64,000 nt of DNA, from NCBI GenBank assembly GCA_943324565.2, contig CALPMC020000002.1:963-64962 (forward strand), in the 5' to 3' direction. The translations under genes were made by a program, and so were the position numbers. Origin of the DNA: Chitinophaga pinensis (lineage in GTDB: Bacteria; Bacteroidota; Bacteroidia; Flavobacteriales_D; Crocinitomicaceae). Under the pieces are notes generated by a model that saw only the letters and a program-made list of their open reading frames with translations, was not told the origin of the DNA and made no database searches. Shown in pieces: positions 43,372-53,569 of the stretch. The stretch's first letter is position 1. The number at the start of each line of letters is the position of its first letter.

Positions 43372-45615
43372 ATGTTAGAATATAAACCTGAACTTAAAAT
43401 TGATTTAGAGCAAGAGCGCAATGAAATTCTAAATGCATTTAAAGGTTTATTACGTGCATTGAAAAATAGAACACGAGAAGATACAAGCTTGATTCGCAAA
43501 GCTTTTGACATGGCTTTGGAGGCTCACAAAGATATGCGTCGTAAATCGGGTGAACCATACATTTACCATCCAATTGCTGTTGCTAGAATTTGCGCAGAAG
43601 AAATGGGATTAGGAGCTACAGCTGTCGTATGTGCACTTTTACACGATACAGTTGAAGACACACACATCACTTTAGAAGATGTTGAAGATTTATTCGGTCC
43701 AAGAGTACGATTGATTATTGATGGATTGACCAAAATCCCTGAAGTATTCGATGAAAACGCTTCCATTCAAGCGGAAAATTTCCGTAAGATGATTTTGACC
43801 ATTTCAGATGATTTACGTGTGGTCTTAATTAAGTTGGCTGATCGTTTGCACAACATGCGTACACTCGGCAGTATGCGTGCTGACAAACAATTGAAAATTG
43901 CATCTGAAACCAAATTTTTATACGCTCCCCTCGCCCATCGTTTGGGATTATATTCCATTAAAACAGAATTAGAGGATTTATCAATGATGTATTGTGAACC
44001 AGAGGTTTACAGAGATATTGAAACAAAATTAAAAAGTACAGCTGACGTTCGTAATCGTTTCATCCGTCGATTTATGGCACCCATTCGTGAGACACTTTTA
44101 CACGAAGGATATATTTTTGACATCAAAGCTAGGACGAAATCTATTTCTTCGATTTGGCGAAAAATGCAAACAAAGGCGATTCCTTTCGAAGAAGTTTTTG
44201 ATGTCTTTGCGATTCGAATCATTTTAGAAACACCGATTGAATTAGAAAAACCAGATTGTTGGCGTATTTATTCAATTGTAACTGACTTTTATCAGCCAAG
44301 TCCAGAGCGTTTGCGCGATTGGGTTTCGACTCCAAGAGCTAATGGTTACGAATCATTGCATACAACAGTAATGTCACCACAAGGTCGTTGGGTTGAAGTA
44401 CAAATTCGTTCTAAACGAATGGATGAGATTGCTGAGAAAGGCTTAGCTGCTCATTACAAATACAAAGAATCCAAAGGAGAAGACAGCAAATTGGACCGAT
44501 GGATTGCTGAAATTCGGGATTTATTGGATAATCCTGAAGCAAGCGCAATGGATTTTGTGAATGACTTCAAATTGAATTTATTCAACGACGAAATTTACGT
44601 TTTTACGCCAAAAGGAGAATTGCGTGTATTGCCTATTGGCGCTACGATTCTCGATTTTGCTTACGATATTCATTCAGATATTGGGAATAAATGTATTGGT
44701 GCTAAAGTTAACAATCGCTTGATGCCGTTGAGTTATCAATTGAAAAATGGTGATCAATTAGAAATCATTACTTCTTCGAAACAAAAACCAAATGAAGAAT
44801 GGCTGAAATTTGTGGTATCGGCGAGAGCTAAGCAACGTATCAAAGCTTCACTAAACGATGAGCGAAAGGTAATTGCGATGGATGGAAAAGAGATTTTAGA
44901 ACGCAAATTCAAGCAATTCAATGTTAGAATGAACTCTGATAACATTAGTTTTTTAGAGAAATACTTCCATGTTCCATCTGCGACAGAGCTTTATTTTCGA
45001 ATTGCAAAGGCTAAAATTGATTTAGCAAAACTAAGAGAATTAGAAGTTATTGGTGGCATATTGCAATTGGTTAAAAAAGAGACTGTTAAAAAGATAAAAA
45101 CCTATCAAGCTGAAGATAAATTTGTAGGCATTGACACAAAATCTGACACCATTTTAATTGGCGACGACTTCAAAGGATTTGATTATCAGATGGCAAAATG
45201 TTGTAATCCAATTCCAGGAGATAAAGTTTTTGGATTCATAACTATTTCTGAAGGAATAAAAGTGCACAGGAACAATTGTCCCAATGCTGTTCATTTGATG
45301 TCAAAATATGCTTATCGTTGTATCAAAGCGCGTTGGAAGTCTGAAAAATTAGTTGAACGTGTTGCTGCAATTAAAATAGTCGGAATCGACCAATTAGGTT
45401 TGGTAAATAAGCTTACTGAAATCATATCTAATCAGAACAATGTTAATATGAAAAGTATTTCTTTCGAAACCGAAGATGGTGTTTTTGAAGGAAAAATCAA
45501 AGTAATGGTTTACGATACAGGACATTTGGAGCAATTGACTCGAAAATTCGAGGAAGTAGAAGGAGTTCAGCGTGTTACGCGTTGGGATACAGAGACAGGA
45601 GAAGTTATAGAGTGA
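43372..45615 (+). CDS. spoT: Bifunctional (p)ppGpp synthetase/hydrolase (RelA/SpoT homologue)
   Basis: HD hydrolase motif (LLHDTVEDT), synthetase domain (ESLHTTV, IRS..MD), TGS domain (VFTPKGE) and a C-terminal ACT-like domain. Confidence 0.95.
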   Translation: MLEYKPELKIDLEQERNEILNAFKGLLRALKNRTREDTSLIRKAFDMALEAHKDMRRKSGEPYIYHPIAVARICAEEMGLGATAVVCALLHDTVEDTHITLEDVEDLFGPRVRLIIDGLTKIPEVFDENASIQAENFRKMILTISDDLRVVLIKLADRLHNMRTLGSMRADKQLKIASETKFLYAPLAHRLGLYSIKTELEDLSMMYCEPEVYRDIETKLKSTADVRNRFIRRFMAPIRETLLHEGYIFDIKARTKSISSIWRKMQTKAIPFEEVFDVFAIRIILETPIELEKPDCWRIYSIVTDFYQPSPERLRDWVSTPRANGYESLHTTVMSPQGRWVEVQIRSKRMDEIAEKGLAAHYKYKESKGEDSKLDRWIAEIRDLLDNPEASAMDFVNDFKLNLFNDEIYVFTPKGELRVLPIGATILDFAYDIHSDIGNKCIGAKVNNRLMPLSYQLKNGDQLEIITSSKQKPNEEWLKFVVSARAKQRIKASLNDERKVIAMDGKEILERKFKQFNVRMNSDNISFLEKYFHVPSATELYFRIAKAKIDLAKLRELEVIGGILQLVKKETVKKIKTYQAEDKFVGIDTKSDTILIGDDFKGFDYQMAKCCNPIPGDKVFGFITISEGIKVHRNNCPNAVHLMSKYAYRCIKARWKSEKLVERVAAIKIVGIDQLGLVNKLTEIISNQNNVNMKSISFETEDGVFEGKIKVMVYDTGHLEQLTRKFEEVEGVQRVTRWDTETGEVIE

Positions 45616-45690
45616 ATGCGAATTAGTGAATTGCAGATTGCGAATTTCAAATTGCAAATTGGTTAATTGACGGATTGCAATCAGCGATTC
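45615..45690. repeat. Degenerate short-period repeat of ATTGCRA/GCGAAT words, immediately after the RelA/SpoT stop
   Basis: AATGCGAATT, AATTGCAG, ATTGCGAAT, AATTGCAAATT and ATTGCAAT within ~70 nt. It is the reverse complement of the CGCAATT word used in the 39448-39634 array. Confidence 0.65.
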
Positions 45691-45839
45691 AACAAATTAT
45701 CGTTTTAACATTTTAATTACAAAGCAAAGTGAATTTTTTAGCACGGTTTTTGAAAATATTTTTTTGTTGTAACATTTCGAGGACTTAACGGTCTTAGAGA
45801 TGTAACAAGAATTAAAAGAATAACCTTAAACTTTTAAAG

Positions 45840-46199
45840 ATGCTACTTCAATCAATCATTGGAATTGCTTTATTGTTCTTAATCATAGCTTTTTCTATTC
45901 AAATTTATATTCTAAAAAAACATTCCAATGCCATTTTGACAGGACTTTTAAGTTTAGTTGCAATAGTTTATGGAACTTACTTTTGGATTTCAAATGGAGT
46001 AATTATTGAATTTGGAACTGAAACTGAAATTAATTCTTCAAGTGCTGTATGGCTTTTTACCATTGGGATTTTGAATTTAATAACTGGATTTGGGTTCGTT
46101 TTTACTTCCCTTTTCAAATTTTTATATTGTTATATAAGTAAGTGGTCAATGGATAAAAAGCTTACTGTGATTCTTTTAATGTTATTTTTTACTCAATAG
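45840..46199 (+). CDS. Hypothetical small membrane protein (about 4 TM)
   Basis: 119-aa hydrophobic ORF upstream of the adhesin gene. No family recognised. Confidence 0.45.
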   Translation: MLLQSIIGIALLFLIIAFSIQIYILKKHSNAILTGLLSLVAIVYGTYFWISNGVIIEFGTETEINSSSAVWLFTIGILNLITGFGFVFTSLFKFLYCYISKWSMDKKLTVILLMLFFTQ

Positions 46200-46412
46200 T
46201 CTTTTATCCATTAAATATTTAGTTAAGATAAGTTAACATTAAGAACTTTACAATATTGAATTTCTTTTAACTACCCAAAAATCCATTATTCCTTACGTTT
46301 CATTTAGCGAAAACTACTTGTTAACAATGAGCTGAGTTATCAACAAGTTCAATTGTTAAAAAATTAAAAAATGTATCTTCGCTAGCTTGAAAAATCAAGC
46401 AAATGAATCTAA

Positions 46413-49400
46413 ATGAAAATTATGGTTAAAAAAAATACTTTAAAAGCAAAATTAGTAGCAGTACTTCTTTCGTTTTCATGCTTAAACGCATTTTCACAAG
46501 CTAACATCAAAGTAAAAGTTCTTTCTGTTGCAACAACAGGTTCAGTTGATTGTGATGGATTTATTTCTGGCGATTCCGATTATGCTTTTGAATATAGTGC
46601 TTTGGATAACACATTATTGCTAGGGAATAATAATCCAGCGGCATTTGGACTAACTGGAGATTTTAATTTCTCCTATAAAAATGGAGACAACGGTCCATGG
46701 AGTTTGAATGTAAATAGTGTGTTTTTTGACCACGACTATTTGTGTCCAACAGATGTTCCAGACTCGATTTACATTAACTGGCAAGGTTATGAAAATGACG
46801 CACCGATTGTAAATTGGGATTTATTTGGTAACCTTTCTGAAGTTAGAACTGGTGTTCAAATTTATCCAGTACTTGTACCGACTTCAACAGGAACAATCAC
46901 CCCAATAAATTTAACTGCTACAGGAACAAGTGGATGTGGGACACAAACCTATTCCATCTCTTTTGAAGTAATTCGCACTGATTTGTCAGTACAAATAATG
47001 GAAGATAATATCTGTGATGCACTTTTAATTTCCGCAGATGGAAATACTAATTCTTACGCCTATTGTGGAAATTACACCATTGAAAACGGTGAGCCAATTT
47101 TTCAAAGTATTGGTGAGGCAGGTCACGGTTCAGCTTGGTTTTATTTCACCTTACCTGCCAATTCAAGTGGAAACATTCGAATAGATACAGATTTGGCCGA
47201 AACAAATATAGGAACTGAAATCGCTTTGTACCACGCCGCAGATGGGGTAGGATGTATAGAAGGAACAAACAACTTCAACAACCTTCAAATAAAAGAAAAG
47301 TTCAGTTATTTGTCGGAACACAGTTATGCAGATGATGATATTCCATTTATTGCGCCCCAAGGAAAAGCAACAGGAAATTGGAATGGTGGTTTAATTTCTG
47401 AAGGTGACCCATTGATTCCAGGTGAAACTTATTACTTACAATTTAATACGGACGAACCCAACCAAAAAGGTTCAGTTGGAATTAGAATAACAGATTTAGG
47501 TGGGACTCCAACAACCTTTAACGATATTCCTTGTACATCCGTTTCGGTTGCATCAACCACAATTACAACAACTATTTCAAGTGAATTGACGAATGCGAAC
47601 TCCCCTACTCTAAGTTTAAGTTATTCCAGAGCAACTGATAGAGAAGCAGGTTCAACTTTTACTGGAACAAATGCTGAAAATTACATTGGATATTTTTACT
47701 CACCAGCTTCAGGAACTTCAAATAGTATTGATGAAAACGTTTGGTTTAACTTTGTTGCTCCAAACAGTGGAAGAATCTATTTTGAAGGTGAAGTAACTGG
47801 TTTATTAAGTATCAGTGAGGCAGAGGACATTGCTCTTTATGGTTTAGACGATCGCTTTGCACCAGGACAACCAACTGATTTATTTTGCTCCAATTTAACA
47901 CAGTTAAATGCTTCAAGCGGAAGTGTTTCAGGATCAAATAGGACTGCAAAAATCACTACTTCTTGTTTAGAGCCAGGTTATACTTACTATGGAACATTAG
48001 ATCCACAAAACTTTTCTACAGTTTCATCTGGTAAAATATGGTTGTATGACCCAAGCACTTCAGACTTAATTAATAATCCTCCAAGTAATGACATTTTATG
48101 TTTAGCTATTCAAGATACATTATTTGAAGTTCCTGTTGTTCTTGCTGGAACAAATCCAACATTTCAAGCAGTAGCAGGAACAAATAAGTTTGCTTGTAGA
48201 GAATTTTTAGCGGGTGAGCCAGCATCTAACCCAAATCCTGCTAATCGAGCTGATCAAACAGTGTGGCATTATTTTACAGCACCACCATCAGGTGCAGTTG
48301 AATTAAGTATCCGTGCTTACATTGGATTAGATACATTACGTTACAACGTATTTGAATTATTAAATGGCTCCGATTGTTACGGTGGTTTGCGTCCTGCAAC
48401 ATATACAAATGACGGAACACAAGCCTCAAATGTTATTACTCCAATTATTTCAGGAACAGCTGAATTCAATGGAACTCAAACATCCGCATGTTGTTTAGAA
48501 CCAGGTAAAATTTATGCTATTCAGATCGATGGTGGGTCACCTGGCGATGAAGGTCAATACATTATTGAGTATATTCGTGAAGTCGCTAGCGATGCTGGAG
48601 ATATTTATGCAACTTTAGCAAATGGCGACACGGTAAAAGTAACCCAACAAGATACAGCCTACATTTGTTTTGGTGATACAATCGCTCCAGGAATATTATT
48701 AAATGGAATTGGACAATCAACATCAGATTTACCAAGCTGTTTATTAGCTGGATACATTCTTCATTCTTCAGCAACGATTCCAACGAATTTAACTACTATT
48801 GTACCAATTGATACTGTTCAAGTAATTGATGGAGTATTAGTAAACAATGGTTCAGGAAATGGTTCTTTTGGAAATCCAAACTTTAATCAAATTTACTACC
48901 TTTCTCCTGCTGGCGATTTACCAGATTCTTGGGGAGATTTCAGTTGTATTAGTTCTACCGTTGAACCAGGAATTCCAGTTGTTTTCTTGCAAAATTTAAA
49001 TGCAGTTGTAAATTACGATATTGTTACTTGTACCGTATCCTTCTCTGCGACAGGTGGTTTAAGTAGCTTCAATAATCAACCATACAACTATACAATTACA
49101 AACCCACTTGGCGGTGTTGCTCAAACAGGAAACTTAACTCCAGGAGCAACAATTAATTACACTGGATCAATAGCAGGAATATACACGTTAACAATAAACG
49201 ATGGCTCTTGTCCGAGAACATTCACGTTTGATGCTACAAATTGTGGAAACCCTTGTGTGCCAGTTACTGTGAACATTTCAAAAGCAATTTGTCAAGGAGC
49301 AAGCATTTTATTAGGTGGACAGCTTCAAACGCTTTCTGGAGTTTACACGGATGTTTTCCCTACTCCATCTGGATGTGATAGTACAGTGATTACAACTTTA

Positions 49401-49988
49401 ACCGTACTTCAAGCACTAACATCAACAAATGAACAATCAATTTGTCCAGGAACAAGTGTACAAGTTGGAACTTCAACTTATTCTTCTCAAGGATTTTATA
49501 CAGACGTTTTACAATCAGTTGATGGCTGTGATAGTGTTGTGACAACAGTTGTGTTTATGTTGCCTTATCCTACTTCAACCTTACACGCAACTGTTTGTGA
49601 AGGTGGAACTTATTTCTTTGGTGGTATAGAATTAACAGAAGCAGGAGTATACCAAGATACAGTTTATACGCCAGGTTCTTGCGACACAATTAAAACACTG
49701 ATTTTAACCGTTGAAAATTGTGAATTCTTAATTAGTAATATTTTGACTCCAAATGGTGACGGTCAAAATGATACTTGGAAAGTAAGTGATCCAACTGTTA
49801 TTTCTGGATGTGCAGTAAAAATCTACAACCGTTGGGGACAACCAGTTTACGAGACGGTTGACTACAATAATGAATGGGGAGGAACGAAAAACGATGAAGA
49901 TTTACCAGATGGCGTTTACTTCTACTCTATCAAATGTGATAATAAGGAATACACAGGTTCAATTAATCTTTTAAGATTTAAAAAGTAA
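46413..49988 (+). CDS. Large cell-surface protein with T9SS type B (gliding-motility-associated) C-terminal sorting domain
   Basis: Signal peptide. Three PPC-like W-[FHY]-x-F-x-x-P-x(1-4)-SG motifs (AWFYFTLPANSSG, VWFNFVAPNSG, VWHYFTAPPSG). Three Cys-rich ~45-aa tandem modules (C.G....GG.....G.Y.D.......GCDS...T.L.V). C-terminal LTPNGDGQNDTW...YNRWGQ.V sorting domain. Confidence 0.85.
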   Translation: MKIMVKKNTLKAKLVAVLLSFSCLNAFSQANIKVKVLSVATTGSVDCDGFISGDSDYAFEYSALDNTLLLGNNNPAAFGLTGDFNFSYKNGDNGPWSLNVNSVFFDHDYLCPTDVPDSIYINWQGYENDAPIVNWDLFGNLSEVRTGVQIYPVLVPTSTGTITPINLTATGTSGCGTQTYSISFEVIRTDLSVQIMEDNICDALLISADGNTNSYAYCGNYTIENGEPIFQSIGEAGHGSAWFYFTLPANSSGNIRIDTDLAETNIGTEIALYHAADGVGCIEGTNNFNNLQIKEKFSYLSEHSYADDDIPFIAPQGKATGNWNGGLISEGDPLIPGETYYLQFNTDEPNQKGSVGIRITDLGGTPTTFNDIPCTSVSVASTTITTTISSELTNANSPTLSLSYSRATDREAGSTFTGTNAENYIGYFYSPASGTSNSIDENVWFNFVAPNSGRIYFEGEVTGLLSISEAEDIALYGLDDRFAPGQPTDLFCSNLTQLNASSGSVSGSNRTAKITTSCLEPGYTYYGTLDPQNFSTVSSGKIWLYDPSTSDLINNPPSNDILCLAIQDTLFEVPVVLAGTNPTFQAVAGTNKFACREFLAGEPASNPNPANRADQTVWHYFTAPPSGAVELSIRAYIGLDTLRYNVFELLNGSDCYGGLRPATYTNDGTQASNVITPIISGTAEFNGTQTSACCLEPGKIYAIQIDGGSPGDEGQYIIEYIREVASDAGDIYATLANGDTVKVTQQDTAYICFGDTIAPGILLNGIGQSTSDLPSCLLAGYILHSSATIPTNLTTIVPIDTVQVIDGVLVNNGSGNGSFGNPNFNQIYYLSPAGDLPDSWGDFSCISSTVEPGIPVVFLQNLNAVVNYDIVTCTVSFSATGGLSSFNNQPYNYTITNPLGGVAQTGNLTPGATINYTGSIAGIYTLTINDGSCPRTFTFDATNCGNPCVPVTVNISKAICQGASILLGGQLQTLSGVYTDVFPTPSGCDSTVITTLTVLQALTSTNEQSICPGTSVQVGTSTYSSQGFYTDVLQSVDGCDSVVTTVVFMLPYPTSTLHATVCEGGTYFFGGIELTEAGVYQDTVYTPGSCDTIKTLILTVENCEFLISNILTPNGDGQNDTWKVSDPTVISGCAVKIYNRWGQPVYETVDYNNEWGGTKNDEDLPDGVYFYSIKCDNKEYTGSINLLRFKK

Positions 49989-50031
49989 TTTATTTAAAAT
50001 CAAAGATTTAAATACCTTAAAAAAAACGATT

Positions 50032-51426
50032 ATGAAAAATATCATCATATTATCCACTTTACTTCTTTCAGTAGTTGGATTTGCTCAACAAATGCCACAA
50101 TCAAATGTCTATGGCTACAACAAGTACATCATCAATCCTGCTTATGCTGGTTCAAGTGGCTGTACTGAAATTAATTTTTCACACTTAAATCAATGGGTAA
50201 AAATAGAGGGAGCGCCTTTAACAAGCCTTTTAAGTGCAAACACAAGAATTGGAAAATCCCTTGGTGTTGGAGGTCAAATTCTAATTGACAAAATTGGAAT
50301 GTTGCAACAAGTTTCTGGTTTGGGTTCTGTTTCTTATGGATTCACATTTGCAAACGTTCATAAAGTTAGAGCTGGACTTTCTTTAGGTTTTAATCAATAC
50401 AGATTAGATCCTTCTTCATCAATCGTTTTTGACCCAAATGACCCAATTGTTACTGGTGGTAATCAATCTGCTGGCACTGTCAATACAGAAATTGGATTCA
50501 CTTATAATTGGAAAAATTTAGAAATTGCAATCGCTTCTAAACAATTGATTCAAGCTTATTCAAATTTTGGTTATGAAGGACTAAATGGATATGGTTTGAA
50601 AAGACACGCTACAATGTATGCTTCTTACAATGTTGACATCAACGATAAATGGACAGTGAAACCTTCACTTTTTACAAAAGGAACTAGCAATGGTTATCAG
50701 TTAGACATCAATGCGGATGCGATTTACAAAAATTTCATCTACGCTGGTCTTGGCTATAGAACCCGAGTGGGATTAATTGCCAGAGCTGGAGTTAACATTC
50801 AAGACTTATTCTTTGTAGGTTATGCCTATGAATCACCGATGAGTAATATCGCAGGTTATAGCGCTGGTTCACATGAATTTATGTTAGGTTTACGTTTCTG
50901 TAAAAAAGAAAAAACGAAACCTGAGTTAGTAAAAGTTGCACCAATTGACACTTCTCAAATTTCCAAATTAGAACCAATTATTCAAATCGATACTGTTTAT
51001 GTTACACGTGTTGATACGGTTTATATTGAGAATATTGTAGAAGCAAAAAAAACTATGACAGAAGAAATGCAAATTAAAAACGAAGGTCAGTTGCCAATTA
51101 AATCTATATTGTTTGAATTTGACAAAGCAATCGTTCAGAAAGTATCTTACGGTGAGTTAGAATCTTTGATCAACTTATTGAATACAAGTCCTAACTTAAT
51201 TATCGCTTTAGAAGGTCACACTGATGCTAAAGGTCAAGAATCCTATAATGTAAACTTGTCTAAAAGTCGTGTGAATGCGGTGAAAGAATTTTTAGTTGCT
51301 AATGGAATCAAAGAAGATAGAATCAAACTCAACTATTTCGGAGAGAACAAGCCAAAAGCTGAAAATGAAACACCAGAAGGTCGTAAAATCAACCGTAGAG
51401 TTGATATTTACTTTATTGTTGAATAA
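50032..51426 (+). CDS. PorP/SprF-family T9SS membrane protein fused to a C-terminal OmpA-like peptidoglycan-binding domain
   Basis: N-terminus: QQMPQSNVYGYNKYIINPAYAGS...NQWVKIEGAPLT (PorP/SprF). C-terminus: ILFEFDKA...LEGHTDAKG...YNVNLSKSRVNAV...NRRVDIY (OmpA_C). Confidence 0.85.
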   Translation: MKNIIILSTLLLSVVGFAQQMPQSNVYGYNKYIINPAYAGSSGCTEINFSHLNQWVKIEGAPLTSLLSANTRIGKSLGVGGQILIDKIGMLQQVSGLGSVSYGFTFANVHKVRAGLSLGFNQYRLDPSSSIVFDPNDPIVTGGNQSAGTVNTEIGFTYNWKNLEIAIASKQLIQAYSNFGYEGLNGYGLKRHATMYASYNVDINDKWTVKPSLFTKGTSNGYQLDINADAIYKNFIYAGLGYRTRVGLIARAGVNIQDLFFVGYAYESPMSNIAGYSAGSHEFMLGLRFCKKEKTKPELVKVAPIDTSQISKLEPIIQIDTVYVTRVDTVYIENIVEAKKTMTEEMQIKNEGQLPIKSILFEFDKAIVQKVSYGELESLINLLNTSPNLIIALEGHTDAKGQESYNVNLSKSRVNAVKEFLVANGIKEDRIKLNYFGENKPKAENETPEGRKINRRVDIYFIVE

Positions 51427-51445
51427 CAAGAACTAATCTAAGAAA

Positions 51446-51487
51446 TAAAAAATCCGTCGATGATAATACTCACGACGGATTTTTTTA
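51446..51487. terminator. Bidirectional rho-independent terminator
   Basis: Stem ATCCGTCG/CGACGGAT (51452-51459 and 51473-51480), flanked by an A-run and a T7 run, between convergent genes. Confidence 0.8.
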
Positions 51488-51518
51488 TGATTTTTTATTT
51501 AATATGAACTTGTCTGAA

Positions 51519-52169
51519 TCAGAATTGCTTCATCACAATTTTATTTCGATGAATAGAGATTATTCCTTTCGTTTCTAACTGTTTTAAAAGCCTTGAAATT
51601 ACAACACGTGAAGAATGTAAATCGTCTGCTATTTCCTGATGCGTATGGTTTAGTTCTATACTTCCCAGCAGCTTCACTTGATCTGTAAGGTAACGCAATA
51701 AACGTTCATCTAAGCGCATAAAAGCCATAGCATCGATTGTTTCCATTAACTCCATCATGCGCGAATGGTAACTTGAAAGAATGAATCTTCTCCAAGATTT
51801 ATACTTATCCATCCACTTATCCATATTTTCAACCGGAAACATAAGTAATAAGGAAGGTTCCATTGCTGTTGCTTTAATTTGACTATCAACTTTGCGGACA
51901 CAACATTGTAAAGTCATCGCACATGTGTCGCCGCCTTCTATATAATACAAAAGCAACTCATTTCCGTTCTCATTTTCGCGTGAAACCTTTATTGAACCAT
52001 TTATTACAATTGGAATCATCAATAATTCATCACCAACATGAATTATGATCTCGTCTGTTACAGTTTCTCTGACACGAGCAATTTCACTCATTTCTTGAAT
52101 TAATTCTTCTTCTAGAAGGTATCCTAGCGTTTCATTGAGTAATTCTTTTTTATTTACTAAGTTTTGCAT
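51519..52169 (-). CDS. Crp/Fnr-family transcriptional regulator
   Basis: cNMP-binding-like beta-roll, then a C-terminal HTH (THQEIADDLHSSRVVISRLLKQLETKG). Start trimmed to ATG 52169 (MQNLVNKK). It overlaps the upstream DUF983 gene by 20 nt. Confidence 0.8.
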   Translation of the reverse strand: MQNLVNKKELLNETLGYLLEEELIQEMSEIARVRETVTDEIIIHVGDELLMIPIVINGSIKVSRENENGNELLLYYIEGGDTCAMTLQCCVRKVDSQIKATAMEPSLLLMFPVENMDKWMDKYKSWRRFILSSYHSRMMELMETIDAMAFMRLDERLLRYLTDQVKLLGSIELNHTHQEIADDLHSSRVVISRLLKQLETKGIISIHRNKIVMKQF

Positions 52170-52533
52170 CTGGCTTATAATGAATGAAAAAATTTGCCCA
52201 AATAATTTTCGATAAGGCGAATAAATAAGGACTAAAGGCAATACTAAAAAATACGACCAAACCAATTTGAGTCCAAACACCAACATTATCAAAAAACAAG
52301 TTACATGAAGTCCAAATTGTTACAAATAAGGCAACACCAAGTGCATAAGAAACATACATTGCTCCGTAGTAAAAACCAGGTTCTTTTGAGTATTTCAACC
52401 CACAAACCTCACAGTTTTCCCTAACATCTCCAGCATGACTTAAATCGTAAGGATGAGAAACTAAAAATTTTCCTTCGTTGCATTGGGGACAAGTTAGATG
52501 CGCGATACTGTACAATTTAGAACCCTTTTTCAT
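52150..52533 (-). CDS. DUF983-family zinc-ribbon membrane protein
   Basis: MKKGSKLYSI..CP.C.EG.F...C..CG, then two TM helices. Start trimmed to ATG 52533 on the basis of the TAACTTTG box at 52548-52555. Confidence 0.7.
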   Translation of the reverse strand: MKKGSKLYSIAHLTCPQCNEGKFLVSHPYDLSHAGDVRENCEVCGLKYSKEPGFYYGAMYVSYALGVALFVTIWTSCNLFFDNVGVWTQIGLVVFFSIAFSPYLFALSKIIWANFFIHYKPDAKLSK

Positions 52534-52547
52534 TTCAAATCTTTTTA

Positions 52548-52555
52548 CAAAGTTA
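52548..52555 (-). promoter_or_regulatory. -7 promoter box TAACTTTG (minus strand)
   Basis: Plus strand reads CAAAGTTA, 14 nt upstream of ATG 52533. Confidence 0.45.
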
Positions 52556-52662
52556 CGCTCTTTTAACAACTGCGATGTAACTAAAGTCACTTTAAGAAAA
52601 ACTAAAAATCAAGAAATTAATAGTTTAATTAGAAAGAAATTATTGAATTTTTAAGCCAATTC

Positions 52663-53559
52663 TCAACATTCCTCCAAAGCTTCTTCAATCTTTGAAAACT
52701 TCCATTTAAAACCTGCGTGTTCTAATTTTTCAGGAAGAACAAAGCGACTTTTGAGAATCAATTCGGTTTCAGTTTTAATCAATTTTGCACCTAACTCAAG
52801 TAACCAAACTGGCGAAGGAATTGCAGCAAAACGATTGTAACGTTGACGCAAAGCCTGCATGAAAACGTTGTTTCGAACTGGATTTGGTGAACTAACGTTT
52901 AATGCTCCTTTCAAAGATTCGTTTTCAATAATAAATTCAATGCTTCGACAAACGTCATCAATGTGAATCCAAGAAAATTGTTGATGACCATCGCCCATTT
53001 TTCCACCAAAACCAAGTTGTGTCAAGCGTTTGAAAGGAGTCATTACACCTCCTTTTTTACCCAAAACTATCGCTGTACGCAATGCTACTTGTCTTGTATT
53101 TGTCAATTGAAAATCAAAAAAAGATTTTTCCCATTTCTGACAAACGTCTACTGAAAATCCTGTTCCGATTTCGCCAGTCACTTCCGTCATTGGGTCGTTG
53201 AGTGAATGTCTGTAAATGGTTGCACTTGCAGCGTTTATCCAAATTTTTGGTGGATTTTTGCAAACTTCAATTGCTTTTCCGAGAATTGTTGTACTCTCCA
53301 AACGTGAAGCATAAATGGCAGCTTTGTTTGCTTCGTTATATCGACAATTCACTGATTTTCCGGCTAAATTGATAAGTACATCCGCTCCATCAATTTCAGT
53401 TGCCCAATCACCGATATTTTTTCCGTCCCACATGCACGTTTTTACATTTTCAAAGGTCATCGATTTGCGAACAATTGCAACAACTTCGTGTGCTTTTGAA
53501 AAATAGTTAACCAAGGCTTCACCCATAAATCCATTGGCTGCTGTGATGATTATTTTCAT
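52663..53559 (-). CDS. TIGR01777-type NAD-dependent epimerase-family protein (SDR with DUF1731 C-terminus)
   Basis: MKIIITAANGFMGEAL Rossmann start. The length and C-terminal pattern fit the family. Start trimmed from 53616. Confidence 0.7.
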   Translation of the reverse strand: MKIIITAANGFMGEALVNYFSKAHEVVAIVRKSMTFENVKTCMWDGKNIGDWATEIDGADVLINLAGKSVNCRYNEANKAAIYASRLESTTILGKAIEVCKNPPKIWINAASATIYRHSLNDPMTEVTGEIGTGFSVDVCQKWEKSFFDFQLTNTRQVALRTAIVLGKKGGVMTPFKRLTQLGFGGKMGDGHQQFSWIHIDDVCRSIEFIIENESLKGALNVSSPNPVRNNVFMQALRQRYNRFAAIPSPVWLLELGAKLIKTETELILKSRFVLPEKLEHAGFKWKFSKIEEALEEC

Positions 53560-53569
53560 ATTTAATATT

